A stretch of DNA of 64,000 nucleotides from a virus (Duplodnaviria > Caudoviricetes): the IMG/VR virus record IMGVR_UViG_3300042196_000163, positions 1-64,000 of that record. The stretch is one strand, 5' to 3'. Shown here one piece after another: positions 30,501-39,099 of the stretch. The notes beneath the pieces are model-generated. The model searched no databases and had not been told where the DNA came from. It saw nothing but the letters and a program-made list of their open reading frames with translations. Positions within the stretch are counted from its first letter, which is position 1. Each line of letters opens with the position of its first letter. The translations under genes and the position numbers were made by a program.

Positions 30501-31356
30501 GGCGGCGACCGGGAAAGAGGCCGGCGGGTTTTCGCTCGCGGCCCGCGCCTTCGGCGGATCCGGCTGGAACACGGACACCAATCAGGTTGCGCCGTTCATG
30601 CCCGGCTCGCCCGAGCAATTGACGCTCGCGGTCTTCAAGCAATTGGTCAATATCGGGGCCGTCAGCGGCCTGTCGCCGAGCGCCAAGCAAGTCGCACTCA
30701 CGTCGACATCGACCGACCTCAATGAATTCGCCAAGGACATCGATCTCGCGCAATTGCTGTCGGCTGGGTCGGTCGCCGCGCGCGAGCTCACCAAGAATTT
30801 CGAGGCGCTCAACGATCAGTTCGGAGATATGAGCTCGCGCGCGCAGCGCCTGGGCCTCGATCTCTCCGTCGTTCAAAAGATGCAGACCGAGCAGTTCGAC
30901 GCCCTGATCGGGCAGGAGCTCGATTCCCGTTACGGCGGCCTGTCAGCCCTGGTCGACAGCTTGAAAATCGGGGCTGGTTCGGCCTTGTCGCCGCAATCGC
31001 AGCTCGACGAAGCGCAGCGCCAATTCGATGAGCTTTTTGCCAAATCGCAAAGCGGCGATGCCGGCGCCCTGTCCGGGCTGGGCCAAGCCGGCCGCAACCT
31101 GATCGATCTCGGCCGCGACTATTTCGCGACGACCGATCCGTTCGCGAAGATCTACGAATCGGTCCTCAGCAAGACGCAAGAGATTCTGGGCGCCGCCCAG
31201 AGCAGCGATCCGATCGTGAAGATCATCGCGGAGAGCGGCGCAATGGGTCGCGCGTCGACCGAGAAATATTTCACGGCGCTGATTGAGGAAGTCCGGCAGC
31301 TCCGCGCCGAGGTCCGCCGCGGCAACGACACGCCATCCATAGGGGCACAGATCTAA
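27508..31356 (+). CDS. Tape measure protein
   Basis: 1282 aa, Ala/Gly-rich and helical; LADQVGLTTDQLQAYQFAA and FGKSG motifs. Confidence 0.93.
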   Translation: MADAVERAIHVLDGDSLGYQRSMDEAARAGQRLVDSAGKVETSTERLGKAHKSAADQVSGLERRLEPLIRAEQQRTRDMALLNRAYREGDILVGRYTENVRRVESAYQRAAERSKALTTAANDNVSAFSGFSGVLGRVNTLLGGFGVAISAVALIAFARNTINTIGGLGELADQVGLTTDQLQAYQFAAAQSGVSAEQLQGGISRLTRTIGDAARGEDAAIITFRRAGVGILDFAGNVRTTDEVLGDIAERIKAASTEAERGAIAYDIFGKSGQRLIPMLKDGREGLERWREEAIKAGDVASRELIDRFDKMADRLAVVGMRMTIWFGETLDSLLTKLQDPKYKALAAVLGGAAAGGFLAGPLGAAAGAGVGLGMTITDLFPDKEIEEAAARVERLRVEMEKLTATYLDAQAAGAGGGMFALLGGQLAAKQKEFTVAFQALQIARQPGGPGNLGGGGGSPELGFGAGGPGGGSGAGTGQMLTVAAKAIAELNDEGSKLRELTDALDKGDVAIQRVTDHYAALVAVRKLGKDASDDERKSVYNLTRDNAELARSYELVTAARKQDIAIIDKYVDAFDRQEEADRKRTESFNASRDSFKQGLDDQIKDNEQLATAAEKTTIVYNQLTGAFELNTNELIRRRAILEAERKGLDPEEAKRYADELVRQSERIKAINDGQQRALERQQATFNELANFADRAFDRIGSAITEAFVQGKDAAINFGSIAKGVMSELLQEMLKLAILNPLKNNLFGQNNPTLGNVTSMLSGGSTSGISGGGFNPLSMFSGGGGTGGSTFGGIGDIFGGLFGSAAGPSTAAAATSSAIGPGGLLAGGGATSLAGGASGGLSAGLSGAMAAIPVWGWIALAASTAKKFTTGKDPKSVMGGLNTFLLPSIDEWMQNPVRSFGNVIDPMGTFLADHLGEDNPLRYLSPGGLFAFAEGDVPKPYASAGGVLTRGKFNMTQTTQLDDMPLEGVTGSVQSIANALQSLSEAGGGRLVGDLHLLAATGKEAGGFSLAARAFGGSGWNTDTNQVAPFMPGSPEQLTLAVFKQLVNIGAVSGLSPSAKQVALTSTSTDLNEFAKDIDLAQLLSAGSVAARELTKNFEALNDQFGDMSSRAQRLGLDLSVVQKMQTEQFDALIGQELDSRYGGLSALVDSLKIGAGSALSPQSQLDEAQRQFDELFAKSQSGDAGALSGLGQAGRNLIDLGRDYFATTDPFAKIYESVLSKTQEILGAAQSSDPIVKIIAESGAMGRASTEKYFTALIEEVRQLRAEVRRGNDTPSIGAQI

Positions 31357-31357
31357 C

Positions 31358-32524
31358 ATGCTCAATCTGTCGCGCGTCAAAGCCCTGACCTCGACTCCAG
31401 GGCTCAGCACATATGAGCTGGTCGCCGCCGGCGCGTTGTATCGGTCTTGGGATACCGACATGCCGACGGGGGCGGTTGTCCGGTATTTCGTCACCGACCT
31501 GACGCAGTTCGAGCGCGGCGTCGGCGTCTTCACCGTGGGATCGCCGTCGACGATCTCGCGCGACACAATTCTTGAGAGCTCCACCGGCGGCAAGATCAAC
31601 TGGGCGGCCGGCAACCGCGACATCTTCTTAGATCCGGAGGCCGGGTGCGAGCCATCGCTGGCGGTTGCCGGTGCTCTCACAATCGCCATCAAGCATATCG
31701 GTGCACGGCTCGTCTACAGCGGGTCAGGCCATACCTGGACCGTGCCCTCGGCGGCGACTCTCGGCAACGGCTTCAGGGTCCTCATCGATAACCAGGGGAC
31801 GGGTTCGATCACGCTGAGCGGGCCGACTTTGTCGGTGCCTCCCGGCGCCGTGGCGCTTCTCACGAATGACGGCAGCGCTTGGCGCCTGATGCCGGGCATC
31901 GGCGACACGCATCGCGGGCTGCGCGGCATCGACATCACAGCGGCCTCCTCCATCGCGATCCCGGATGTCGGCGATTTCTTCGTGGTCACCGGCGCCACGG
32001 GGATCGCCGGCATGACCTTCGGCGCCGCGGCACGGCCTGGGCGCGAATTCGAATTGTATTTTTCCGGGGCGCCGACGCTGACGAATAGCGCCGGGCTGCT
32101 TCTATTCGGCGGCGTGAATTTAAAGGCCGTTGCCGCCGACACAATCCGGTTCCGCAAGGGCACTGGAAACAACGTTCAGATGGTCGGCGCGCCGACGCCG
32201 CCGCATCACTCGTCGATGTGCAAGGGCTGGGCGAAACTCAACTATAACGGCACGTTCCAAGCGGCCTACAACGTATCGAGCGTGGGCGATTTGTCGGCGG
32301 GGCTGATGGAGGTGAATTGGGCCCAGGATTTCGCATCGGCGGAATATGCGGCTTTTGCCAATGCTGTGCTCGATCCAGGCGGAGCGGCCGCGTCGACAAT
32401 TACAACGATAATCGGCAATACCTCCTTGGCGGCCGGCACGACGCGCCTCTATTGCATTGTTTTGAGCACATTCGCCGGGGCCGATACCAATTTCATGATG
32501 GTGGGAGCGTTCGGCGATCAATGA
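31358..32524 (+). CDS. Tail fibre-like protein
   Basis: RVKALTSTPG N-terminus; C-terminal KGWAKLN...YNVSSVGD...VNW motif typical of fibre ends. Confidence 0.65.
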   Translation: MLNLSRVKALTSTPGLSTYELVAAGALYRSWDTDMPTGAVVRYFVTDLTQFERGVGVFTVGSPSTISRDTILESSTGGKINWAAGNRDIFLDPEAGCEPSLAVAGALTIAIKHIGARLVYSGSGHTWTVPSAATLGNGFRVLIDNQGTGSITLSGPTLSVPPGAVALLTNDGSAWRLMPGIGDTHRGLRGIDITAASSIAIPDVGDFFVVTGATGIAGMTFGAAARPGREFELYFSGAPTLTNSAGLLLFGGVNLKAVAADTIRFRKGTGNNVQMVGAPTPPHHSSMCKGWAKLNYNGTFQAAYNVSSVGDLSAGLMEVNWAQDFASAEYAAFANAVLDPGGAAASTITTIIGNTSLAAGTTRLYCIVLSTFAGADTNFMMVGAFGDQ

Positions 32525-33111
32525 TTAGGCCCATCCTCTGCACCATGCCGGACAGGTCGGTCGCCATTTACACGCCCAGCCTTGAGTGCATGAAGGCGTT
32601 GACACATGGCGGCGGTCTGATCAAGCCGTGGATGCGGCAGCGCGCCACAGACAATATGATTCGCAATGGCCGCCGGCCGCAATTTGCTCGCCTGTGGATT
32701 GAGGCGGCTATCAATGGCGGGATGACCGACGCTGAGTTCTACGAAGCGCTCATCGAAAAAGACGCGACGCCGAAAGGGGCTGCCGCGCCGGAGCTGATCG
32801 ACGAAACGCCCAGGGACAGATGGTTCCGCGACGCCTGGCGGCGCTCGCACAACGGCGGACCGATCGATATCGATCTGGAGGTGGCTCGGCGCGTGCACGC
32901 CAAGCACATCTTAAGCGCGAAGGACGCCGTTGAGGGCAGCGAAAAAGCGCGGATCGACGAGATCTTGCTTGGAAAATCGAAAGTCGCCGCCATCGATATG
33001 AGGGCGGTCGGCGTTCGCATCAACCGCGCGCGCGACATCGGTGAATTGCGGCAGATATGGCCGCGCGCGCTGCAAAAACCGGCGCTCTATCCGATTGGCC
33101 TCGGCGCGTGA
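32521..33111 (+). CDS. Tail fibre assembly chaperone-like protein
   Basis: DRWFRDAWR motif and C-terminal ELRQIWP; follows the fibre gene. Confidence 0.6.
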   Translation: MIRPILCTMPDRSVAIYTPSLECMKALTHGGGLIKPWMRQRATDNMIRNGRRPQFARLWIEAAINGGMTDAEFYEALIEKDATPKGAAAPELIDETPRDRWFRDAWRRSHNGGPIDIDLEVARRVHAKHILSAKDAVEGSEKARIDEILLGKSKVAAIDMRAVGVRINRARDIGELRQIWPRALQKPALYPIGLGA

Positions 33112-33275
33112 GCGGGTTCGCGCCACACGGAGAGTTGCCGCACGGCGTCCTGCCGGCCGCAGACCAGGACGCAGAGATCGCGGTCGCTCCGCCGCTGGTG
33201 AAGGGTGCGGCCGGCCGTGACTGGATCATCCTTCTCGAGATCGATGCCATACAGAAAACGGTGACCGACACATGA
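33108..33275 (+). CDS. Small ORF, possibly the N-terminus of the next tail protein
   Basis: GFAPHGELPHGVLP...IILLEIDA; overlaps both neighbours. Confidence 0.5.
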   Translation: MSGFAPHGELPHGVLPAADQDAEIAVAPPLVKGAAGRDWIILLEIDAIQKTVTDT

Positions 33276-34813
33276 CCGGTTTCGGTCCGCACGGTACGCT
33301 TCCCCATGGCGTCCTCCCGGACTCCGCAGCGGTCGTCACGACGACCGCGACACTGCGCTATTCGACCCATGGCTATACATCAAAGCCCACCGATACGCCG
33401 GCAAACATCGGATTCGATCCCCGCATTGTCGACGGCCCCGTCTTCGAGCAATCGGTTCCCCTGATCGGCACCGCCGGCCGCGCCGCGTTAGGCTTCGGCG
33501 ACATCGCGTTATGGAATGGCGATTATGCGCTCACGCCGCTGCTGGATCAGTATGCGATCGACGGCCGATCGGTAACGCTGCTGGCTGGTGACGGCACCCG
33601 GGCCTATATCGGCACCTGGCCAGCGGTTTCCACGTTCTCGACGCTATTCGCTGGCACCTCGCTCGGCTGGCGCCCCGACGGCGATCTCATCCGGATTCGC
33701 CTGCGCGACATTGTCTCCCGCCTCGACATCCCGGCGCAGGCCGAGATCTATGGCGGCACCGGCGGCATCGAAGGCACGTCCGACCACGCCGGCAAGCCAA
33801 AGCCGATCGCGCTGGGGGCATCCTTCAACGTCGCCCCTGTGCCGCTGGGTCCGGTCGATCTCGGCGATGGCCTGCTCTATACATTTCATGTCCATTTCAG
33901 GGCCATCCAAGACGTGACCTCGGTGCGCGAGCGGGGCGCCGAGATCACACGGACAGCGGCCGCGCCAGGCCTCGCCGAATATAAGGTTTGGCCGTCGTTG
34001 GGAGTCTTCCAGCTCGGCTTCACGCCCAACGGTGAAATCAAGTGCGATATCCAAGGCGACGCCGTGCCCTATTATCTGGCATCGCCGAGCCGACTGGTGC
34101 GGCGCCTCGTCGAGGATCTCGGCACGCTGACGCTCGCCGATATCGATACGGTCGCGTTCGACACCTTTGAGTATCTGCGTCCTGGTAACACCGGTCTTTG
34201 GGTCGGCGCCGAAACCGTCACCGTCCGCGCCCTTGTCGAATATCTTGTTGGCGGCGTCGGGGGATTCGCGACCCAGACCAGGGCCGGCTTGCTGCGCATC
34301 GCGGTTCTCGACGCGCCCACGCTGGTCGCCGACGCGACGCTCGACGAAGTCGATATCCAGGCATTGGAGCCCCTCGAACTCCCGGCTGGGCTCAACCCGC
34401 CGCCGAAGCGTTTCCGGGTCGGGTGGAAGCGTAACTGGGCGCCGTCGGCCGATCTCGCGCCCGTCGTGGCACAGGATTTCGGCGCCACCTTGATCGAGGA
34501 ATGGCGGTTCGTGCAGGAGTTCGTTGGGTCGGTGGCGCTCAGCCATGCCCAGGCCGGCGAGCTCACCATCACCAGCGCTTATGCCGACGCGGTCTACGCG
34601 CAGATGGAGGTCGAGCGGCTGGCGAACCTCTATACGCCGGCGCGGCGCGCCTTCCGGATCGTGACCGGCGCCTATCTCGGTCAGATCGAGCTCGCTCACA
34701 CCGTTCGATTTACGTGGCCCTTTCACGGGCTGTCTGCCGGCCGCAATGGCGTCGTCTATGGCTGGCGGGAAAACCGGCCCGCCGGCCAGATCGAACTCTA
34801 TGTCTACGGGTGA
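33272..34813 (+). CDS. Minor tail/hub protein
   Basis: LRYSTHGY...DTPAN, GTSDHAGKPKPIALG, NVAPV motifs. Confidence 0.75.
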   Translation: MTGFGPHGTLPHGVLPDSAAVVTTTATLRYSTHGYTSKPTDTPANIGFDPRIVDGPVFEQSVPLIGTAGRAALGFGDIALWNGDYALTPLLDQYAIDGRSVTLLAGDGTRAYIGTWPAVSTFSTLFAGTSLGWRPDGDLIRIRLRDIVSRLDIPAQAEIYGGTGGIEGTSDHAGKPKPIALGASFNVAPVPLGPVDLGDGLLYTFHVHFRAIQDVTSVRERGAEITRTAAAPGLAEYKVWPSLGVFQLGFTPNGEIKCDIQGDAVPYYLASPSRLVRRLVEDLGTLTLADIDTVAFDTFEYLRPGNTGLWVGAETVTVRALVEYLVGGVGGFATQTRAGLLRIAVLDAPTLVADATLDEVDIQALEPLELPAGLNPPPKRFRVGWKRNWAPSADLAPVVAQDFGATLIEEWRFVQEFVGSVALSHAQAGELTITSAYADAVYAQMEVERLANLYTPARRAFRIVTGAYLGQIELAHTVRFTWPFHGLSAGRNGVVYGWRENRPAGQIELYVYG

Positions 34814-34819
34814 GGCCTG

Positions 34820-35713
34820 ATGTTCGGCGCAACGTATTTCGCCCCCCCGTATTTCGGCCCTCCATACTTCGGCGGTGAAGGCGGCGACATCATCGTCGTG
34901 CCGCCGCCGGCGCCGGCGGCCGAGCTGGGCTCCGGCGTCATCCTGTATAACGACCGCATTGCATCCGCGATTCTTTCAGGGTCGACCACGCCCTCGACGC
35001 TGACGCTCGACCGTCTGCAGGACCCGCAGCCGACCAACGTCGCCCGCATCCTGGCCTCTTCCGGATTCATCATCGGGGATTTCGGCTCAGCCGTCGCCAT
35101 CGGCGCGAGCGTGTTCCATGGCACCAGCCTGGGGGTGACCGCCACCGTTCGCCTGCGTCTATCCAGCGCCGACCCAACGGGCGTTGCCGGCGATATCTAC
35201 GACAGCGGCGTCGTCCTCGCCGGTGCCGACCAGCGCTACCGCGGCAGCTTCTATCAAGTTCTCGATGAGGATCTGTCGGCGCGTTTCGTCCGCGTCGATA
35301 TCGTCGACCCCGCCGCATCAACCATCGACCTCGGCATCTGGCTTGCCGGTCCGGTGCTGCGCCCGGAAATCAACTTCTCGCCGCCGCGCCCGTTGGGGTA
35401 TGTCGATTATGGCTCGGCCATCCCGAGTGCCGCCGGCATCACGCATGTCATGGAGCGTCGGCGCGCGCGCAACACCGAGCTGCGCTTCGAATGGGCCGAC
35501 CAGGACGAGGCCTTCGGCGACCTCTCGTTCTTCGACATGCAGCGGATGTGCGGGATCGTGCAGAACGTCGCCATTATTTCCGACCCGCTGTCGTCCTATC
35601 GGGCGGCTGAGCTCGTGGTCGGAACGGTGACGCAGCTCATCCCGATCCAGTTTCCGGCGGTGATGGATCCGCAGCCATTCGTTTGCGTCGTCAACGTCAT
35701 CGAGCGATTGTAG
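34820..35713 (+). CDS. Minor tail protein
   Basis: Position; DLGIWLAGP...INFS motif; FG/YF N-terminus. Confidence 0.65.
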   Translation: MFGATYFAPPYFGPPYFGGEGGDIIVVPPPAPAAELGSGVILYNDRIASAILSGSTTPSTLTLDRLQDPQPTNVARILASSGFIIGDFGSAVAIGASVFHGTSLGVTATVRLRLSSADPTGVAGDIYDSGVVLAGADQRYRGSFYQVLDEDLSARFVRVDIVDPAASTIDLGIWLAGPVLRPEINFSPPRPLGYVDYGSAIPSAAGITHVMERRRARNTELRFEWADQDEAFGDLSFFDMQRMCGIVQNVAIISDPLSSYRAAELVVGTVTQLIPIQFPAVMDPQPFVCVVNVIERL

Positions 35714-35837
35714 CCGAACATAGATAGGCCGTGCATTTGGCGCGCATTATGACAGAATAATTTGAGAGCGCCCCCCGACCGCTGGTTGCACAACGGCCGG
35801 GAGGACTACCACAGAGTACCTGTATGAGAGGTGCCCC

Positions 35838-36149
35838 ATGGGTCGGCGTAAGGTATCGATTTTCTTCGCGCTCGCAACAAGCCTGGGGATAACTCCGGTC
35901 CTGGGGCATGGTTCCGCCGATTGGATCCGGCAGCATCCGGACTTCTCGTACTGCTGTAACGAGCGCGACTGCCACGCCATCAGCCCGGCGACCGTGACGC
36001 TGAATGGCGACACCTACAGCTTCGCTCATGACGGCAAGGCTTATCTCGCGAGCGAATCCGAAGCCAAGCCATCGATCGATCATCGGTTCTGGGCCTGCAT
36101 CTGGGATGGCAAGGTGCGGTGTTTCTTCCGCCCGTTGCTCGGGTCATGA
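35838..36149 (+). CDS. Secreted Cys-rich small protein
   Basis: Signal-peptide-like N-terminus; CCNERDC...WAC...RCFF. Confidence 0.65.
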   Translation: MGRRKVSIFFALATSLGITPVLGHGSADWIRQHPDFSYCCNERDCHAISPATVTLNGDTYSFAHDGKAYLASESEAKPSIDHRFWACIWDGKVRCFFRPLLGS

Positions 36150-36475
36150 CCCGCCTGGTCGCCTTCCTCGTCCTGGTGTCGGCCTTGGGCCTGCTGGTGA
36201 TGCGATACGCGGAAGGCCAGACGCCCGATGCTGCCCCACAAACCGCGCCTCCGTGTGTGAAGCGCGCCACGCTGGTCGCGCACCTGGCGAACAAATTCGA
36301 GGAGCGCGTGCGCGTCATCGGCATCGCCGAGAACGGCACCGCTTTTGAACTTTTCGAATCCCCGGGCGGCGAGACGTGGACCGCCTTCATCACGATGGCC
36401 AACGGTGTGTCATGTCTAGTCGCGACCGGAACCGATCTCACGATCCTTCCGCGCAACTCGGGCAGGGGCACGTGA
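36146..36475 (+). CDS. Secreted small protein of a family seen in alphaproteobacteria
   Basis: Signal peptide; CVKR...FEE...ETWTAFIT...SCLVATG. Confidence 0.65.
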   Translation: MTRLVAFLVLVSALGLLVMRYAEGQTPDAAPQTAPPCVKRATLVAHLANKFEERVRVIGIAENGTAFELFESPGGETWTAFITMANGVSCLVATGTDLTILPRNSGRGT

Positions 36476-36717
36476 CGCGCCGCGGCGTGATCAGCTTCGT
36501 CGACTGGTCGCACAAGCTGGTGAGCCTGTTCCTGGCACCGCTGATCCTCGGGATGCTTTATTGGGCCGGCGGCACGTTCATCGAAGTGCGCGATGCAGTC
36601 CGGGACCTGCGCAAGACCGTCGAGATCGAGGTCCCGCATCTGCAGCGCGCCGACCGGCAGATCGATGAGCGCGTCGTGCGCCTCGAAGGTTGGGTGTTCG
36701 GGCGCAGAGAACGATGA
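36472..36717 (+). CDS. Single-TM protein, holin-like
   Basis: One TM helix followed by a coiled coil, directly before the endolysin. Confidence 0.5.
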   Translation: MTRRGVISFVDWSHKLVSLFLAPLILGMLYWAGGTFIEVRDAVRDLRKTVEIEVPHLQRADRQIDERVVRLEGWVFGRRER

Positions 36718-37205
36718 TGGGCCTCGACGCCCGCCATCTCCGCCTTCACATCGTCCGGCCGACGCTGGCATATCTCAATCCAGCGTGGCGCTACAGCCTC
36801 GCCGCCGAGAACTTATTGATGGGGACAGCCGCCCATGAAAGCGGCGGGTTCAAATGGCTGGTGCAGCGCGATGGTGGGCCGGCGCGCGGCCTTTGGCAGA
36901 TCGAGCCGGCGACGCTCAAGGACATCATCGACCGATATCTGCACAAGCCGAAACACGTCGAGCGTTTCAGCCATGTGATGGCGCTCACCGGGACGGCGCC
37001 GACGCGCGAAGAGCAGCTCGTCACCAATCTTGCTTTTGCCTGTGCGATCGCGCGGGTGCGCTACGCGATGTCGCCGGACCCGCTGCCCGCGGTCGCCGAT
37101 GACATCGAGTCGTTGGCCCGAATATGGAAACGAGTCTACAACACCCATATCGGGGCCGGCAGCATCAGCGAGTTCCGCGCGGCATACGAGACCTATTGCC
37201 GATGA
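36714..37205 (+). CDS. Endolysin, lysozyme/transglycosylase-like
   Basis: LLMGTAAHESG, GPARGLWQIEPAT, WKRVYNT motifs. Confidence 0.85.
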   Translation: MMGLDARHLRLHIVRPTLAYLNPAWRYSLAAENLLMGTAAHESGGFKWLVQRDGGPARGLWQIEPATLKDIIDRYLHKPKHVERFSHVMALTGTAPTREEQLVTNLAFACAIARVRYAMSPDPLPAVADDIESLARIWKRVYNTHIGAGSISEFRAAYETYCR

Positions 37206-37531
37206 GCGTGCCGATCACCTTCGTCGAGCGCATCAAGAACGGCGCCGATCGCGACGACACCGATCGCCTCTTGCGCAAGGATCTCCCGGCCGGCGCCGTC
37301 AGCTGGTCTGTGGACCTCGACGGTCGCATCGCCATCCTCAATTTCGTCTGCCCCTGCGGCTGCGGTGTGGTCGGATCACTGCCGGTACGCGCCGGTTTCG
37401 GCCAGGCCGACAAGCATTGGACCTGGGACGGCAGACGCGACAAGCCGACGCTGACGCCCTCAATCGAGCGGACCAGCCCGTGCAAGTGGCGCGGCTATCT
37501 GACATCGGGCGAGTTCCTGGCCATCAACTGA
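37202..37531 (+). CDS. Cys/His metal-binding protein (DUF6527-like)
   Basis: CPCGCG, WTWDG, PTLTPSI, CKWRGYLTSG. Confidence 0.65.
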   Translation: MSVPITFVERIKNGADRDDTDRLLRKDLPAGAVSWSVDLDGRIAILNFVCPCGCGVVGSLPVRAGFGQADKHWTWDGRRDKPTLTPSIERTSPCKWRGYLTSGEFLAIN

Positions 37532-37556
37532 CTGCGCCGGCGCTGGAGGCGGACTC

Positions 37557-37802
37557 ATGATTCGCGACTGGTTTATCGCCATCATTCAGGGCCTCGCCTG
37601 CCTCAAGGGGATCGAGCGCTATTGCAGCATCGCCGCCGGGGCGATCTGGATCGACCGCCCCGAACTCAGTTGGCTCGGCACCTACATCTTCATCTTCGGC
37701 GCGGTGTTCGGCCTGCTCGGCGCGATTGCGGACAAATTCAACCAGCGTTTTTTCCATCGCATGATCGAACGGTTACGCGCGCCGCATCCGAATGGCCTCT
37801 AA
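37557..37802 (+). CDS. Small membrane protein
   Basis: Hydrophobic GTYIFIFGAVFGLLGAIA segment. Confidence 0.5.
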   Translation: MIRDWFIAIIQGLACLKGIERYCSIAAGAIWIDRPELSWLGTYIFIFGAVFGLLGAIADKFNQRFFHRMIERLRAPHPNGL

Positions 37803-37810
37803 CGAAGACC

Positions 37811-38074
37811 ATGCAATTCACCTTTGAACAAGTCGCGACGCTCCTGGGAATGCTCGCCGCCCTCGGCGTCTCGTGCTGGCGGATCGTCGAATATGTGAAC
37901 AGAGAAATTAAGGAGACCCGCGCCGCGCTGCACGAAGAAATCGAATTCGTGCGGGCGCGCTACCACGATCTCGCCAACGAAATCCAGAAGACCTATGCCG
38001 AGAAAGACGACGTCGAGCGGCTGGAGCGCTTGGTGCTCGGCGCGCGCAATCAAAAGAAGGGTGGCGACGAATGA
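37811..38074 (+). CDS. Single-TM coiled-coil protein (holin/spanin-like)
   Basis: N-terminal TM followed by a charged helix. Confidence 0.55.
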   Translation: MQFTFEQVATLLGMLAALGVSCWRIVEYVNREIKETRAALHEEIEFVRARYHDLANEIQKTYAEKDDVERLERLVLGARNQKKGGDE

Positions 38075-38289
38075 AAGGGATTGTCATGGCCGCCGCCCTG
38101 TTGGCGCTGCTCGCCGGCTGCGAAGCGGGACCGTTCACCGAACGCTGCCGCGACGCGCGCAATCTCAACAGCCTCGACCGGCGCTTCGCGAGCGCGGACC
38201 CCGCCGTGCGCGCGGCGGCCGAGCGGTCCTATCAGGTCAACACCGGCTACTACTGCGACCCCTTCGCCGACCCGCATTGGCCGAATTAA
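38071..38289 (+). CDS. Lipoprotein (o-spanin-like)
   Basis: Lipobox LLAGC at residues 13-17. Confidence 0.6.
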   Translation: MKGIVMAAALLALLAGCEAGPFTERCRDARNLNSLDRRFASADPAVRAAAERSYQVNTGYYCDPFADPHWPN

Positions 38290-38298
38290 GGAGTCATC

Positions 38299-38511
38299 AT
38301 GCTTGCGCAAACGCTTGCCAAATATGCCGCCGCCGGCGTGCTGCTGGCCTCGGTGTTCTATCTCGTGCTCGAGGGCAAGGTCGAGGCCAGCGAATACGTG
38401 ATCCTCGTCATCGCCGGTCTTGCCGCGCTCGGCGTGACGCGCCCGGGCTTGCCAGCGGCATCGCCGCCATCGCCGACAGCCCCGACAACCACCGAAGGAG
38501 TCAAGTCGTGA
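38299..38511 (+). CDS. Two-TM holin-like protein
   Basis: RBS TAAGGAG; two hydrophobic helices. Confidence 0.6.
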   Translation: MLAQTLAKYAAAGVLLASVFYLVLEGKVEASEYVILVIAGLAALGVTRPGLPAASPPSPTAPTTTEGVKS

Positions 38512-39014
38512 TAAAGTTGCTTCGCTATATCCCCATCCTCTGCGCTCTGTTCCTGCTGCCCGCCTGCGGCACGATCAGCGGCGACCTCAAGCAGGACATC
38601 GTTGGCGGCCTATCGACCGGCGGCGAACGGCCGGCGCCCCTCGAGGCCATCGGCACGGATCTGGTGAATGTGGATTTCAACCTGACCAAGGCCGTTGAGG
38701 TCGGCGCGCTTCTCCCAGATGATCCGGCCCAGGCCTGCGTGCATGGCGTCGTCACCGACCTCGGACTCAATCCCGAAGCGCCGAAGGAGCCGGCGCCATC
38801 CTTCACGCCACGCTCGGAAGGCGTGCTGGCGAAAGGCTCGATCGCCTATATCCGCGTTCAACAGGCCCGTCGCGCCGCCCGCCAGCCCGATTATGAATTA
38901 AGCGCCGATTGCGAGCGACTACTCGGTCGCATCGTGCTGGACGCAGCAAGAGCGGCCCGGCGCATCGGATCCAATCTTCCCGGCGCTGGAGTGATCGGCC
39001 GTATTCTCGACTGA
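38508..39014 (+). CDS. Lipoprotein
   Basis: Lipobox LLPAC after a basic/hydrophobic leader; GTG start. Confidence 0.65.
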   Translation: MIKLLRYIPILCALFLLPACGTISGDLKQDIVGGLSTGGERPAPLEAIGTDLVNVDFNLTKAVEVGALLPDDPAQACVHGVVTDLGLNPEAPKEPAPSFTPRSEGVLAKGSIAYIRVQQARRAARQPDYELSADCERLLGRIVLDAARAARRIGSNLPGAGVIGRILD

Positions 39015-39040
39015 CCGCAGGCACTACACCGACAAGCGAA

Positions 39041-39071
39041 AGGCCCGGTGCCGAAAGGTGCCGGGCTTTTT
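39041..39071 (+). terminator. Rho-independent terminator ending the late operon
   Basis: GCCCGGTGCC-GAAA-GGTGCCGGGC followed by TTTTT. Confidence 0.8.
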
Positions 39072-39099
39072 GTTTATCGCGGGTTGAGTTATTGAAGGT

